Below are positions 12,788-26,129 of a stretch of 64,000 nucleotides of DNA, piece after piece. Position 1 is the first letter of the stretch. Each line of letters opens with the position of its first letter. Under the pieces are notes generated by a model that was not told the DNA's origin, searched no databases, and was given only the letters and a program-made list of their open reading frames with translations. Origin of the DNA: Mobula hypostoma (Eukaryota); NCBI RefSeq assembly GCF_963921235.1, contig NC_086107.1, positions 54,002,001-54,066,000 of the forward strand, read 5' to 3'. Position numbers and translations under genes: made by a program.

Positions 12788-13619
12788 CTGAAAGAAAAAC
12801 CACACATTTTATTCAGGATAGTGCAATTAAGTGGAATAAACAATATTTATAATGCATTGTCCAATCATATAAAGTAGGAGACATACACTCCTTCGTGCAC
12901 CAGAAGTATTGCTGTTTTATATAATTATACTCTCCTCCCAGGTATGTCTTTCTTTAAAAGGAGAAGCCCCATTAAAGATGTGTAACAAAGAATGGTACAT
13001 CTAAATGGAGTTCTCTTCACTGATTCAAATGCATCTTGTACCATTATATTGTTCGATGTGCACCTACTCACATTAAACCAGCACGGGATATTTACTATTT
13101 GGAGAAGGAAGTGCATAACAAAAATTGCAACTTTTTCCAAAAAAATACATACCGAAACTAAGAATACAAGAGCAAGTTGACTTGCAGAAATTGGGAAACC
13201 TTCTATTCATTTTGACTTCCAAAGTTACTGAAATGCGAGAATTTTATATTCTGCAGCTGGGATGCATACAGGAATGAAAGTCACTGAAATTAGGCATGAT
13301 GTGTGTAAAGGATATAGTAAGGAATGTAGGACGAGCCAATTAGAAGGAAATAGGAGACACATGCTGAGATGCAAGAAAGGAAAGACAAAAATAAGTGACA
13401 TGAGATTTATTATATTAAAGAAAAGATAATGTTCTCAAATTTGATATGTGGAATGGAATGTAATTTGTGATTATTTACAGATTGAATTGCATAATTCCAG
13501 AAATCTAACCTAGATTAGTTGGATAGGGCTATTTCCTGGTATCTGGCAAGTGCAAGACTTTGAAAAGTGAGCTAAGAAGAGTTCAGGGCCAGCACGGTCT
13601 TGTTGGAGTAACAGACAAG

Positions 13620-14885
13620 ATTAGCACAGAAACAGGCCTTTTGGCCCTTCTTGGCTGTGCCGAACCATTTTCTGCCTAGTCCCACTGACCTGCACACGGA
13701 CCATATCCCTCCATACACCTCCCATCCATGTATCTGTCCAATTTATTTTTAAATGTTAAAAAAGAACCCGCATTTACCACCTCATCTGGCAGCTCATTCC
13801 ATACTCCCACCACTCTCTGTGTGAAGAAGCCCCCGCTAATGTTCCCTTTAAATTTTCCCCCCCTCACCCTTAACCCATGTCCTCTGGTTTTTTTCTCCCC
13901 TTGCCTCAGTGGAAAAAGCCTGCTTGCATTCACTCTATCTATACCCATCATAATTTTATATACCTCTATCAAATCTCCCCTCATTCTTCTACGCTTCAGG
14001 GAATAAAGTCCTAACCTATTCAACCTTTCTCTGTAACTGAGTTTCTCAAGTCCCGGCAACATCCTTGTAAACCTTCTCTGCACTCTTTCAACCTTATTTA
14101 TATCCTTCCTGTAATTTGGTGACCAAAACGGAACACAATCCTCCAGATTCGGCCTCACCAATGCCTTATACAACCTCATCATAACATTCCAGCTCTTATA
14201 CTCAATACTTTGATTAATAAAGGCCAATGTACCAAAAGCTCTCTTCACGACCCTATCCACCTGTGACGCCACTTTTAGGGAATTTTGTATCTGTATTCCC
14301 AGATCCCTCTGTTCCACTGCACTCCTCAGTGCCTTACCATTAACCCTGTATGTTCTACCTTGGTTTGTCCTTCCAACGTGCAATACCTCACACTTGTCTG
14401 TATTAAACTCCATCTGCCATTTTTCAGCCCATTTTTCCAGCTGGTCCAAGTCCCTCTGCAAGCTCTGAAAACCTTCCTCACTGTCCACTACACCTCCAAT
14501 CTTTGTATCATCAGCAAATTTGCTGATCCAATTTACCACATTATCATACAGATCATTGATATAGATGACAAATAACAATGGACCCAGCACTGATTCCTGT
14601 GGCACACCACTAGTCACAGGTCTCCACTCTGAGAAGCAATTCTCTACTACCACTCTTTGGCTTCTTCCATTCAGCCAATGTCTAATCCAATTTACCACCT
14701 CTCCATGTATACCTAGCAACTGAATTTTCCTAACTAACCTCCTATGCGGGACCTTGTCAAAGGCCTTACTGAAGTCCAAGTAGACAATATCTACTGCCTT
14801 CCCCTCATCCACTTTCCTGGTAACCCCCTCGAAAAACTCCAATAGATTGGTCAAACATGACCTACCACGCACAAAGCCAGTTGAC
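13620..14885 (-). mobile_element. Young 5'-truncated CR1 LINE with an uninterrupted 403-aa RT C-terminal ORF (13676-14887)
   Basis: GRSCLTNL, YLDFSKAFDKV, GVPQ.SVLGP, KFADDTK, RRMRGDLIE, FFTQRVV..WN.LP. Confidence 0.93.
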
Positions 14886-15870
14886 AAAGGATATTAAGGG
14901 TCTGATCAGGAAAAAGGAGAGATAAGCTAGATACAAGCAGCTGAGATCAAGCAGGTGCCTTAAAGAGTATAACAGATGCATGAGTACACTTCAGGAGAAA
15001 TTTTGGAGGGCAAAAAAAAAAGTCATAAGTTGTCCCTGACTAATAAGACAAAGAAGAATCTAGTAAGATGTTCTACAAGTATGTTCAGAATAAAAGGGAA
15101 TCTAGGGAGAGAATATGTCTCCTTGATTAGTATGGCCATCTATGAAATAGGCAAAGTCTGAAATAAACACTCCTTTTCTGTATTTACCATGGAGAAGGAT
15201 GCAGGAGCTTGAGTTAAGGGGAAGAAAGAGGAGGTATTGAAATACATTAAGGTGGAGAAATCTCTGGGGCCTAGCCAGGTATATTCTAAGATATTATGAG
15301 AAACAAGAGAGGGAAACTTGGCAGAGATTTTTGCATCTTTGGTAGCAACACAAGGCACTGGAAAACTGAAGGAGAGCTTTTGCTGGGCCTTTAAGAAATG
15401 CAGCAGGAAAAAAGTCAGTGAATTACAAACGATTAAATCTTGTATCAGTGGTGGGAAAGGTATCAGAAAGGAGTCTGAGAGACAGAATTCATTTCCCTTC
15501 AGAAAGACAGGGATTGATTTACAATAGTGCAACTTTGTGCATAGGACATCATGTTTCACAATCTGATTTATTTAAAAAGGTGACTAAGTGGATTAACAGG
15601 TGCAGAGCAGTAGACATTGTCTATATTGACTTTTAACAAGGCCTTTGACAATGGTCTTTAATACTAGGCTAATCCTGAAGGCTAGAAAGATGGGATCCAG
15701 ATTGAGGTAGCAAATTGGATACAAAATTGGCTTGGTTGGAAAGAAGCAGAGGATGATAATAGAGCAATGTTGTTCAGACTGGAGGCCTGTGACTAGTGGT
15801 GTGCGGGAAAGGATCAGCACTGGGTCCTCTGTTGTTCCTTCATTAATGATTTAGTGAAAATGCAGGTGAT
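14886..15870 (+). mobile_element. Older CR1 LINE fragment interrupted by the young CR1 (left part about 13480-13620)
   Basis: AVDIVYIDF and WRPVTSGV-like remnants with frameshifts. Confidence 0.65.
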
Positions 15871-16559
15871 GTGATTTATGCAGGGAGGAAGAGGAAGGGA
15901 GGGAGCCGAAGAAGAAACAGGAGATTGGGAGGTGTTGAGTGTATGGCATAGCCCTGAGAGCAAAAGGAAGCAGGGAGGGGATAAGTGAGATGAGGGTAGC
16001 AAGGTTAATGCTAAAAGGACGATTAGTGATGGAAACACGAAAGGAAATGTTGGTGGAAGATCAAGAGGGATAAGAATCAGAACAGTGTTGACCATTAAGC
16101 CAAAACATTGCTTATGCTAAGAATTGATGGGTTTGGAGAATTAGCTTGGGGGTATTTGGGAGGGGTGGGATGCAGACCATGTGAGGGGGCAATTAGTTAG
16201 GTCAAGCATGCAAAATAGAATTTCTAGAGAATATGAGAAGATGCAAGGTGGAAATTGTAGTGAGACCAGTAATACAAGCAATAAGACAAGATACAGGCAA
16301 ACACCAGAGGAGAGAAATTATGATTGACAGATTGGCAGAGATTTGAGCAAAGTGTTAACAAGGAGATAAGGACATTTATTTTCAGTCAGAGGATGAAGGT
16401 GTAAGATGACACTGGTGAAGTACAGCAACGACTTGCTGAAATTACTAATTACTTTATTAATCACACTTTTTCTGGAAAATTATCTCTGCAATCAATAGCC
16501 TGCAACTTTCAGAGTTGAGCTTTTGAACCATCTGATTGACCTGGCATTATAGCAGTATG

Positions 16560-17180
16560 AACTGAAGTCTCGAATGTGCAGGATGGTCGTGGTGTGGCGT
16601 GTATAGGCCGAATCGAGGAATAGGTCCCAGGCTAATGTTTGCACATTGGAGCCAATTCAGAACGACAGAACAGAGGCAAGCAAGAGTTGATGTGGCAGGG
16701 CCCAGGCCTGAGAGCGAAGAACAAGCCAGCGTTTTACTGATTTAAGCGCTGGGCCAGATTGGGAAGGTCCTGTGCAGGTCAAATCGAGCTGATGGGTTCT
16801 GGGCCCAAGAGTGAGGAACGACTCACTGTTTGGCCAATTTAAGTGCCAGATCAGATTGAAAATGTCAGGGTGTCAGGGAAAGGAACAGACCAGTGTTCCG
16901 CTCTCTGCTCACAAGGATTACTCCACTCTGCACTGAACTGAGGCTCTGGCCTGCAAGCAACGGGCTCCTGGACTGGCTGTGAACTCACTTTCATGAACTT
17001 CAATTCTGAATGTTATTTGCACAACTTAGGTTTTTTCCTGCACATTGGGTGTTTGACGGTCTTGTTTTAAAAAATGGGTTCGACTTAACTTCCTTGTTTT
17101 GTGGCTGCCTGTAGGAGGACAAATTTCAAGGTTCTATGTAGTATTCATACTTTGATAATAAATATACTTTGAACTTTGGA
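16560..17180 (+). mobile_element. Non-autonomous retro-repeat with Rex1-like 3' tail
   Basis: Internal diverged repeats. Tail GATAATAAATATACTTTGAACTTT resembles those at about 41600 and 54150. Confidence 0.45.
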
Positions 17181-17269
17181 TCGTTGTGATTTGTAACTCA
17201 CTGAAAGAATGGTAGAAGGATATTTAAAACCTGTCTGGATGTGAGTTTTTGTTTACAGCCATGAACTTC

Positions 17270-19180
17270 ACAGTTAAAAGTTCAAAGTAAAATTTATTAT
17301 CAGAGTACATATATATCACCACATATAACTCTGAGTTTTTTTTTTAACCTGTGAGCATACTCAGCAAATCTATAGAATGGTAACTGTAAACAGGATCAAT
17401 GAAAGAGCAAGGTCACAGAAGGCAACTGTGCAAATGCAAATATAAATAAATAACAATAAATACCGAGAGCATAAAATAACAAGATAAAGAGTCCTTAAAT
17501 TGAGATCGTTGGTTATGGGAACGTCTCAATAGATGAGTGTAGTTATCCTTTTTTGTTCAATGCTGCTTTTCTATGACAGTGTTTCATGTAGATGTGTTCA
17601 ATGGTTGGGAGGGCTTTAATCGTGATGTACTGGGCCAAATCCATTACCTTTTGTAGGATTTTCTGCTCAAAGGCATTGGTGTTCCCATACCAGGCTGTAA
17701 TGCAGCCTGTCAGCACACTTTCCACTACACAGCTATAGAAGTTTAGTCGAGGTTTTTAATAACATGCCAAATCTCCGCAAACTCCTGCAGAGGTAGAGTC
17801 ATTATCATGCTTTCTTTGCAGTAATATTTATTGGATGGGTCCAGGACAGGTCCTCTGAGATAGTGACACCGAGGAATTTAAAGTTACTGACCCTCTCCAC
17901 CCCTGATCCTCCAATAAGTACTGGCTCAAGGACATCTGTTTTCCCTCTCCTTAAGTCTAGAGTCAGTTCCTTGGTCTTGCTAATATTGAGTGAGAGGTTG
18001 TTGAAGACACCACTCAGCCAAATTTTCAATCTCCCTCTTATGATGATTCAACACCACCTTTGATACAGCCCACAACAGTGAACTTGAATATGGTGTTGGA
18101 GCTGTACTTAGCCACACAGTCATATGTGTAAAGCAAAGAGCAGGGGATTAAGCACCCAGCCCTGTGATGCATCTGTGCTAATGGAGATTGTGGAGATGTT
18201 TTTGACAATCTGAACTAACTGGGGTCTGCAAGTGAGGAAATCCAGGATCCAACTGCACAAGGGGGTATTGAGGCCCAGGTCTTGGCGTGCACTGACTAGA
18301 TTTGACGGGATAATGGTATTAAATGCTGAGTTGTAATCGATAAAGAGCCAATGAGATGGCATCTATGTGGACCTGATGCTCTGGTAGGCAAATTGGAGCA
18401 GATCCAAATCACCACTCAGACAGGAACTAATTGTTTCAACACCAGCCTCTTAAAACAGTTCATCACTGTGGATGTAAGTGCCACTGGGTGATAGTCATCG
18501 AGTCAGGCTCTTCTTGGGCACTGCTATGATTGAATCCTTCTTGAAGCAGGTGGGTACCACACACTGCCAGAGCAAGAGTTTGAAGATATCCGTGAATACA
18601 CCAGCCACATGTCAGCACAGGTCTACAGTACTCAGCCAGGTACTCCATTCGGACCAGATGCTTTCCTTGGATTCACTCTCCTGAGAACGGCCTGCACCCC
18701 ATCTTCAGATACTGAAACCAAAGCATCATCAGGAGACGTGGGGATATGCGATGGTTCTTCCCTGTTCTGGTGGTCAAAGCAAGCATAGAAGGCATTGAGC
18801 TCATCTGGAAGCGAAGCTCTGCTGTCCCCCATATTGATAGAATTAACTTTGGAGGAGGTTAGGGCATTCAAACCCCACCACATCTGTTGAGCATCCCTCG
18901 ATGATACTAGTTTAGTCCAGAATCTCCACTTCTCCCGTGAGATAGCTTTCTGGAGATCATACCTGCACCTCTTGTGGTACTCCTGATCTCCAGACTTGAA
19001 TGCCTCTGATCTGGCTCTTAGCAAATTCCGGATTTCATGGGTCATCCAGGGCTTCTGATTGGGGTAAACCCTGAATGATTTTGTGGGTACACACTCATCT
19101 ACAGCTGTTTTAATGAAGTCTGTTACAACCGTGGTGAAGTCATTCAGATCCTCAGATGTGTGCTTGAGTGAATGACCAAG
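17270..19180 (-). mobile_element. Decayed Rex1/Babar-type LINE (RT region) with nested fragments
   Basis: [61 protein letters not shown]. Confidence 0.8.
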
Positions 19181-19789
19181 TCCACAATGTGGAATGGGGT
19201 TGGAATATCTTTAGCTTCTTTTATTATGTCTAGATCACTTTCCATATTTGTTCTGTGGCTTAAAAAGTGATTTCTTATCATTTATGTATTCTTTAAATGT
19301 TAGCCCCTGTTCACTTACTGTCATATTAGCTTTCCTATCTACAAAACTAACTTGCATCTTATACGTTCATAATCTGCTTTGGTTAAACTGAGGATCTCAG
19401 TTTCAAACTGAACTAAATGACTTTCAATATGGTCCCTTAACAACAGGCTTTTTAATTAATATTTTCTCATTGGACAAAACTACATCTAAAATAGCTATTT
19501 TTTTCACTGTTTCTTCAACATGTCTGGAAAATCATAACCTATAAAACATGTCTACAAATTCATCCTCCACACTAATTTGGTATTTCCATTATCAACATTC
19601 CCCATGATTATTATGGTACCCTGATGCATCTCTAACTGCCCAGTTTACATACACTGTGTCCCACTTGGGGGCCCCATAGACAACTGCCACCATGTTTCCA
19701 ACCACATTCTGCTTCTCAGTTCTCTACAAACTAATTCTACTTCCTGATATGCCTCAATACTGCCATTATCAGGGTTGTCCCTCCGTAAT

Positions 19790-20490
19790 TGGTTTATTGT
19801 TACTATTGTACCGAAGTACAGTAATAAGCTTGTCTTGCATACTGTTCATACAGATCAATTCATGACATGGTATGTTTTTGGTATTACAAGATAAATCAAT
19901 AACAAAATGCAGAATGAAGTACAACAGCTAGAGAAAGTGCAGTACAGGAGAACAGCAAGGTGCAATATGATAGATTGTGTGGTCAAGATTCCATCCATCA
20001 CACTAGGGAACCATTCAATAGTCTTATAATAGTGGGGTACAGGCCTGGTGGTCTCGGCTTTCAAGCTTCTTCCCCAGTGAGATGGGGAGGAGAATGTTCG
20101 GGCTGGGTAGGGTCTGGTTATGCTGACAGTGTGACGTGTAGACAGAGTCCATGGAGGGGAGGCTAGTTTCTGTGATGTACTGAGCTGTGCCCAAAACTCC
20201 CTCCGCAGTTTCTTTTGGTCAACAGCAGAGCAGTTACCACACCAAGACAATGATGCTTTATATGGTGCATCAATAAAAACTGGAAAGGATTGATGGGGAC
20301 ATGCTAAATGTAGATGCTTTAGTGAGCTTCCTTGACTGTGGCGTACAGATGGTTGAATGGGCCAATGGTGATTTTCTCTTTTAGGAACTTGAAGCTCTCA
20401 ACCTCAGCATCACTGATGTAGACAGGAGCATGAGCAGCACCCACTTCCTGAAATCAATGACCAGCTCTTGTTTTGCTGATATTGAGACGA
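19790..20490 (-). mobile_element. Decayed Rex1/Babar-type LINE 3' end
   Basis: SWCGNCSAVDQKKL motif and LINE-type 3'UTR. Confidence 0.6.
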
Positions 20491-22163
20491 CAATGAACAT
20501 GTGATCAAGATGGCACCAAGCTGCAATGTCCATCGAGTTAGTGGCTCAACCGGTCATTTTTTGTTCATAAGGATGGTTTTAGGGGCAGCGGACAGGGAAG
20601 AATGGTGTTAGAGGATGGGGCAGTAAATAAAGAGTGAGATGCAGGAGCCAGAATCCAAATCGAAGCGCTCTACAGCAAAAGATTCTCATAGATTTGAGGC
20701 ACTATGGACAGCGGTTCCCTGGTCAATGACCAAGCTTGACAGGTCCCATGGAGAGGACTGGTGACACCTCCAGGTCGGTGTGTGTGTACCCACCACCCCC
20801 CACTCCCAGGATTGAAGGTGCTTGTGAGTTCAAAGATTGAGGTCCAGAGTAGAAATTCCTGTGACCGGTGAGTCCTGGGGTTGATACCGAAAGTCAAAGG
20901 CCGAAGTTGGCACATGCAGATGTTAAGGCCTGATGAGACAATGAGAAGCCTCGTGTCTTGTCCAAGGAATATAGAAAGGAGGATTAATGTTCAAAGACAA
21001 TGCTGTGCCTGCACTTAGAGGTCACAGAACAACATACTTGGTTTTACTAGCAGAGAAAGTTTACTCCCCAAAGCAAGTTTTACTGCACACATACTTAGAG
21101 CATTAAAGACTAGAGGCATTTTTATAGCACCTTGGACCATCTTATGAGAATCAGAATCAGGTTTAAAATCACTGGCATATGTCATGAAATTTGTTGTTTT
21201 ATGGCAGCAATACATAATAATAAAAAAATATAAATTACAATAAGTATATATAAAAAAACTAGTACAAAAAGAGGGCAAAAGAAAAATTTAGTGAGATAGT
21301 GTTCATGGGTTCAATGTCCATTCAGAAATCAGCTGGTGGAGGGGAAGAAGCTGTTCCTGAAATGTTGAGTGTGTCTTCGGTCTCTTGTACCTCCTCCTTG
21401 GTAGTAGCAAGAAGAGGGCAAGTTCTGGGTGATGGGGTTCCTTAAAGATGGATGCCTCCTTTTTGAGGCATCACCTTTTAAATGTGTCCTTTGTGCTGGT
21501 GGAGCTGGCCAAGTTTACAACTTTCTGTAAGTAATACAATTATATTTACATCAAAAGGGAAATAATGCATTTACATGCATCTGCATGCTCATATCTATGG
21601 CTACTGATCACATGCCATGACAAACTTTGACATAAACAAGATTTTCTGTTTTATTTCAAAATTTCAACATCTGCAGTGTTTTACTTAGGGTATTTGGAGA
21701 GCTAGAAGCACATGTGTTATTTAGGTGAGCAATACCAAAGAGATGATATAAAGATCATCAAAAGTTGAAAAGAACTTTTTACTTTCATATCCAAGAACAC
21801 CAGCTTCCACCATTTACCTTATACTTCATTCATTCTCCCACCTCATTATAATGAAAAAAAATTGAGATTCAAAATTCAATGTTACATAACGTCCTACACA
21901 ATGTTACATCCAGGAGACATTATCGATCTATTATTTTTTTTTAAATCAGATTTTATGCTATAATGTGAGAGTTGTTTTTTTTTTAAACAGTGGGTGTAAT
22001 TTTTTTAGTTCAAATTAATCCCAGCACCAATAAAATAGACATACTACCACTTCATCAGGTGATATAGACTTGTAACCCAGATATTAGCAAAGCGGCATCA
22101 CCAATTGTACTGATGGAATTTTTAAAAAAACTCTTCATAGACTGCGATGCAAACATCTCAATA

Positions 22164-22575
22164 TACACTCAGTGGCCGCTTTATTATTAGGTACACCCTG
22201 CATCCTTAAGCAAATATCTAATCAGCCAATCATGTGGCAGCAACTCAATGCATAAAAGCATGCAGACATGGTCAAGACTTAGTTATTGTACAGACCAAAT
22301 AAGAGAACGGGGAAGAAATGTGATCTAAGTGACTTTGACTGTGGAACGATTGTTGGTGCCAGATGGGGTGGTTTGAGTATTTCAGAAACTGCCAATCTCA
22401 CGGGCATTTCACACGACAGTCTCTACAGTTTACAGATAACAATGTGAAAAACAATAAAAAACATCCAGTGAGGGATAGATCTGTGGGCGAAAATGCCTTA
22501 TTCATGAGAGCTCAGAGGAGAATGGATAGACTGGTTCAAGCTGACGGTAACTCAAATAACCACATTACAACAGGT
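22164..22575 (+). mobile_element. Tc1-like element, one-ended fragment
   Basis: TA|CACTCAGTGGCC...ATTAGGTACACC TIR followed by an MGK..DLSDF..G.IVGAR-like HTH start; same family as 35866-36712. Confidence 0.72.
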
Positions 22576-23534
22576 AACATGCCATTTGATTTCTGAATGG
22601 ACAGTGAACCCATAAACTGCCTCATGACTTTTTAAATTTCCTATTTTTTGCATTAATTGAATAATTTAACTATTTAATATCATGTATCGCATTGTACTGT
22701 TGCTGCAAAGATTACAAATTTCACAACATATGCTGGTGATAGTAAACCCGATTCTAAATTCTGAATCTGATGAGGAATATCCAGCTACAAGAAAAATCCG
22801 TAACTCCAGATTAATACCATTAGAAATTAACTTCAGAATATAGTTACATAAGAGCAAAATATAGTAGAAGCTAAGAATTTGAATAAAAACAGAAACTGTT
22901 GCAGATATTCAGCAATTCACACAGCATCTGTGGAGATGCTTGGAAATTCCAAATACCACAAACATAAAAATATAACTGAGAATGTTCAGTATTAAATAAC
23001 ACTGCTTCCTGCACAAACCACAAAGGTTTACGAAAATCTATGGTTGTACAGCAAACACCAAGAATGTAAAAATAAGTTAAATAAATTACGACCACCGTAT
23101 TTAGGGCTCTGGTTAAAAGTGAATAAAGAATATCACATTAAAATAATTTTTAAAACATCCAAAATAATTATGTAAAATCCATTTAAGATAAATGAGATAT
23201 AATTATAAATTTCAGATTCTGATTTATCATCACTGACACGTCATTAAATTTGTTGCTTTACTGCAGTACAGTAAAAGAAATAAAAATTAGTTTTAAGTTA
23301 CAAAAATACATAAATGGTGTAGAAGACTAATAACGAGGTGGTTATTCAGAAATCCAATGGCAGAGGGAGGAAGCTGTTCCTAAAACATTGAGTGTAGATC
23401 TTCAGCCTCCTGACCTCCTCCCTTACAGTAGTAACACAAAGCAGACATCTCCCTGATGATGAAGGTCTTCAATGATGGATACCACCTTCTTGAGGCACTG
23501 TCTTTTGAAGATGTACTTACTAGAATTTATCTTA

Positions 23535-24050
23535 GAAACATAGAAAACCTACAGCGCAATACAGGCTCTTCGGCCCACAAAGTTGTGCCAATCATGTCCC
23601 TACCTTAGAAGTTACTAGGCTTACCCATAGCCCTCTATTTATCTAAGCTCCATGTACCCATCCAAAAGTCTCTTGAAAGACCCCATCGTATCCGCCTCCA
23701 CCACCGTTGCCCGCAGCCCATTCCACGCACTCACCATTCTCTGCCGAAAAATCTTATCCCTGATATCTCCTCTGTACCAACTCCCCAGCACCTTAAACCT
23801 GCGCCCTCTTGTGGCAACCATTTCAGCCCTGGGAAAAAGTCTCTGACTATCCACACGATCAATGCCTCTCATCATCTTACACACCTCTATCAGGTCACCT
23901 CTCATCCTCCGTCACTCCAAGGAGAAAAGGCCAAGTTCACTCAACCTGTTTTCATAAGGCATACTCCCCAATCTGGGCAACATCCTTGTAAATCTCCTCT
24001 GCACCCTCTCTATGGTTTCCACATCCTTCCTGTAGTGAGGTGACCAGAAC
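23535..24050 (-). mobile_element. CR1 LINE 3' fragment (same subfamily as 60287-61354)
   Basis: MRGDLIEVCKMMRGIDRVDSQRLFPRAE; 3'UTR nearly identical to that at about 60290-60400. Confidence 0.85.
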
Positions 24051-24699
24051 CTGATCTTCTAATTTAGTTTATGATGAACAGGTGAAACCAAGTGTGGTTC
24101 AGAATCTTAAGACGCAGAGTGCACTAAAGGAAGTTAAATTTGTAAACAAGGGTGATAATGATAACTTTGGATGAAATAGGGTTGGAAGAAGTTTGTTTAA
24201 AATGTAAGTACTGACAAACTGAAGCAAAAGGCTTTTTCCTGTGCTGTAAATTCATTGTAATTATATCAGTGCGTACCTGGGGAGGGGTGTATAAGTTTTT
24301 AATCTAGCTCATCCCTTTTAAAGAAGCCATGGTCAAATAAGTATAACCAAAATTAAAATTTAATTGCTGTTCAAGAAGAAAACTTGTGAATTTCCATCCT
24401 CTGTCAACCTAGAATACACATCAGAATGAAAATACCTTTACTAAAATTAAAAAAATGACGCTAGCACTTGGAAAATTAAGTGTGACACACGCTCAACATT
24501 TTTGTAAATTAATTCATCTGTTACAAAGACCAGCCCATGCTCACATGCAAATGCATCACCCAAGCAGCGCGACAGAGTTGTCTTACTTATGAAGTGCTCA
24601 ATGAGCCCTTGTCTGCTGATCCACACAGACATAAAAGATCCAATAGCGTTATTTTGAAAACCAATACAGAAGGGGCCTTTACTTTCAAAGAAATTTGCG

Positions 24700-25140
24700 A
24701 AGATCAGCATGCCATCTAAAATTTTGACAAACTTCTATAGATGTTGTGGAGTGTATATCAGCTGGTTGTATGATGGCCCGGCATGGAAACACCAATGCCC
24801 TTGTATGGAAAAGCCTACAAAAAAGTAGGGGATACATCCCAGTCGATCACAGGTAAAGCCCTCCCCACCATTGAGCACATCTACAGGAGTGCTATTGCAG
24901 GAAAGCACAGCATCCATCATAAAGGACCATCACCATCCAGGTCATGTTCTCTTCTTGCTGCTGCCATCAGGAAGAAGGTATACTGCCTCAGGACTCACAC
25001 CACCAGGTTCAGGAACAGTTAGTTATTACTTCCTCAACCAATAGGCTCTTGAAAAAGAGGGGACAACTTCACTTGCCCATCATGAAACTGCTCCCACAAC
25101 ATATGGCCTCACTTTCAAGGACTCTTCGTCTTATATTTAT
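24700..25140 (+). mobile_element. Rex1/Babar-type LINE 3' fragment
   Basis: SITGKALPTIEHIY...LRTHTTRFRNS. Confidence 0.65.
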
Positions 25141-25261
25141 ACACTTCTCATGCGCCCAAATCTCATTAACTTTCAATTCCCTAGACCTGACTGCTTCATT
25201 TTCACCATGGATGTTCAGTCCCTATACACTTCTATCTTCCATCAAGGATGCCTTAAAGCTC

Positions 25262-26129
25262 ACACATCAAAGTTGCTGGTGAACGCAGCAGGCCAGGCAG
25301 CATCTCTAGGAAGAGGTGCAGTCGACGTTTCAGGCCGAGACCTTTCGTCAGGACTAACTGAAGGAAGAGTGAGTAAGAGATTTGAAAGTTGGAGGGGGAG
25401 GGGGAGATCCAAAATGATAGGAGAAGACAGGAGGGGGAGGGATGGAGCCAAGAGCTGGACAGGTGATAGGCAAAAGGGATAAGAGAGGATCATGGGACAG
25501 GAGGTCCGGGAAGAAAGACGGGGGGGGGGGGACCCAGAGGATGGGCAAGGGGTATATTCAGAGGGACAGAGGGAGAAAAAGGAGAGTGAGAGAAAGAATG
25601 TGTGTATAAAAATAAATAACAGATGGGGTACAAGGGGGAGGTGGGGCATTAGCGGAAGTTAGAGAAGTCGAACATGAACATCGACTTCTCTAACTTCCGC
25701 TAATGCCCCACCTCCCCCTTGTACCCCATCTGTTATTTATTTTTTATACACACATTCTTTCTCTCACTCTCCTTTTTCTCCCTCTGTCCCTCTGAATATA
25801 CCCCTTGCCCATCCTCTGGGTCCCCCCCCCCCGTCTTTCTTCCCGGACCTCCTGTCCCATGATCCTCTCTTATCCCTTTTGCCTATCACCTGTCCAGCTC
25901 TTGGCTCCATCCCTCCCCCTCCTGTCTTCTCCTATCATTTTGGATCTCCCCCTCCCCCTCCAACTTTCAAATCTCTTACTCACTCTTCCTTCAGTTAGTC
26001 CTGACGAAAGGTCTCGGCCTGAAACGTCGACTGCACCTCTTCCTAGAGATGCTGCCTGGCCTGCTGCGTTCACCAGCAACTTTCATGTGTGTTGCTTGAA
26101 TTTCCAGCATCTGCAGAATTCCTGTTGTT
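25262..26129 (+). mobile_element. Fold-back Penelope-like 3'-end insertion C (arms about 410 bp, 9-nt loop)
   Basis: About 25262-25671 is the reverse complement of about 25681-26090. 13-bp TSD TGCCTTAAAGCTC at 25249-25261 and 26130-26142. The sense arm starts with the ORF end MNIDFSNFR*. Confidence 0.9.
25997..26032 (+). ncRNA. Minimal type-I hammerhead ribozyme motif (mirror copy on minus strand at 25320-25355)
   Basis: AGTC-CTGACGA-AAGGTCTCGGCCT-GAAACGTC-GACT: CUGANGA and GAAA cores, stem I AGTC/GACT, stem II AGG/CCT, palindromic ACGT stem III, GUC cleavage triplet. Confidence 0.75.
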
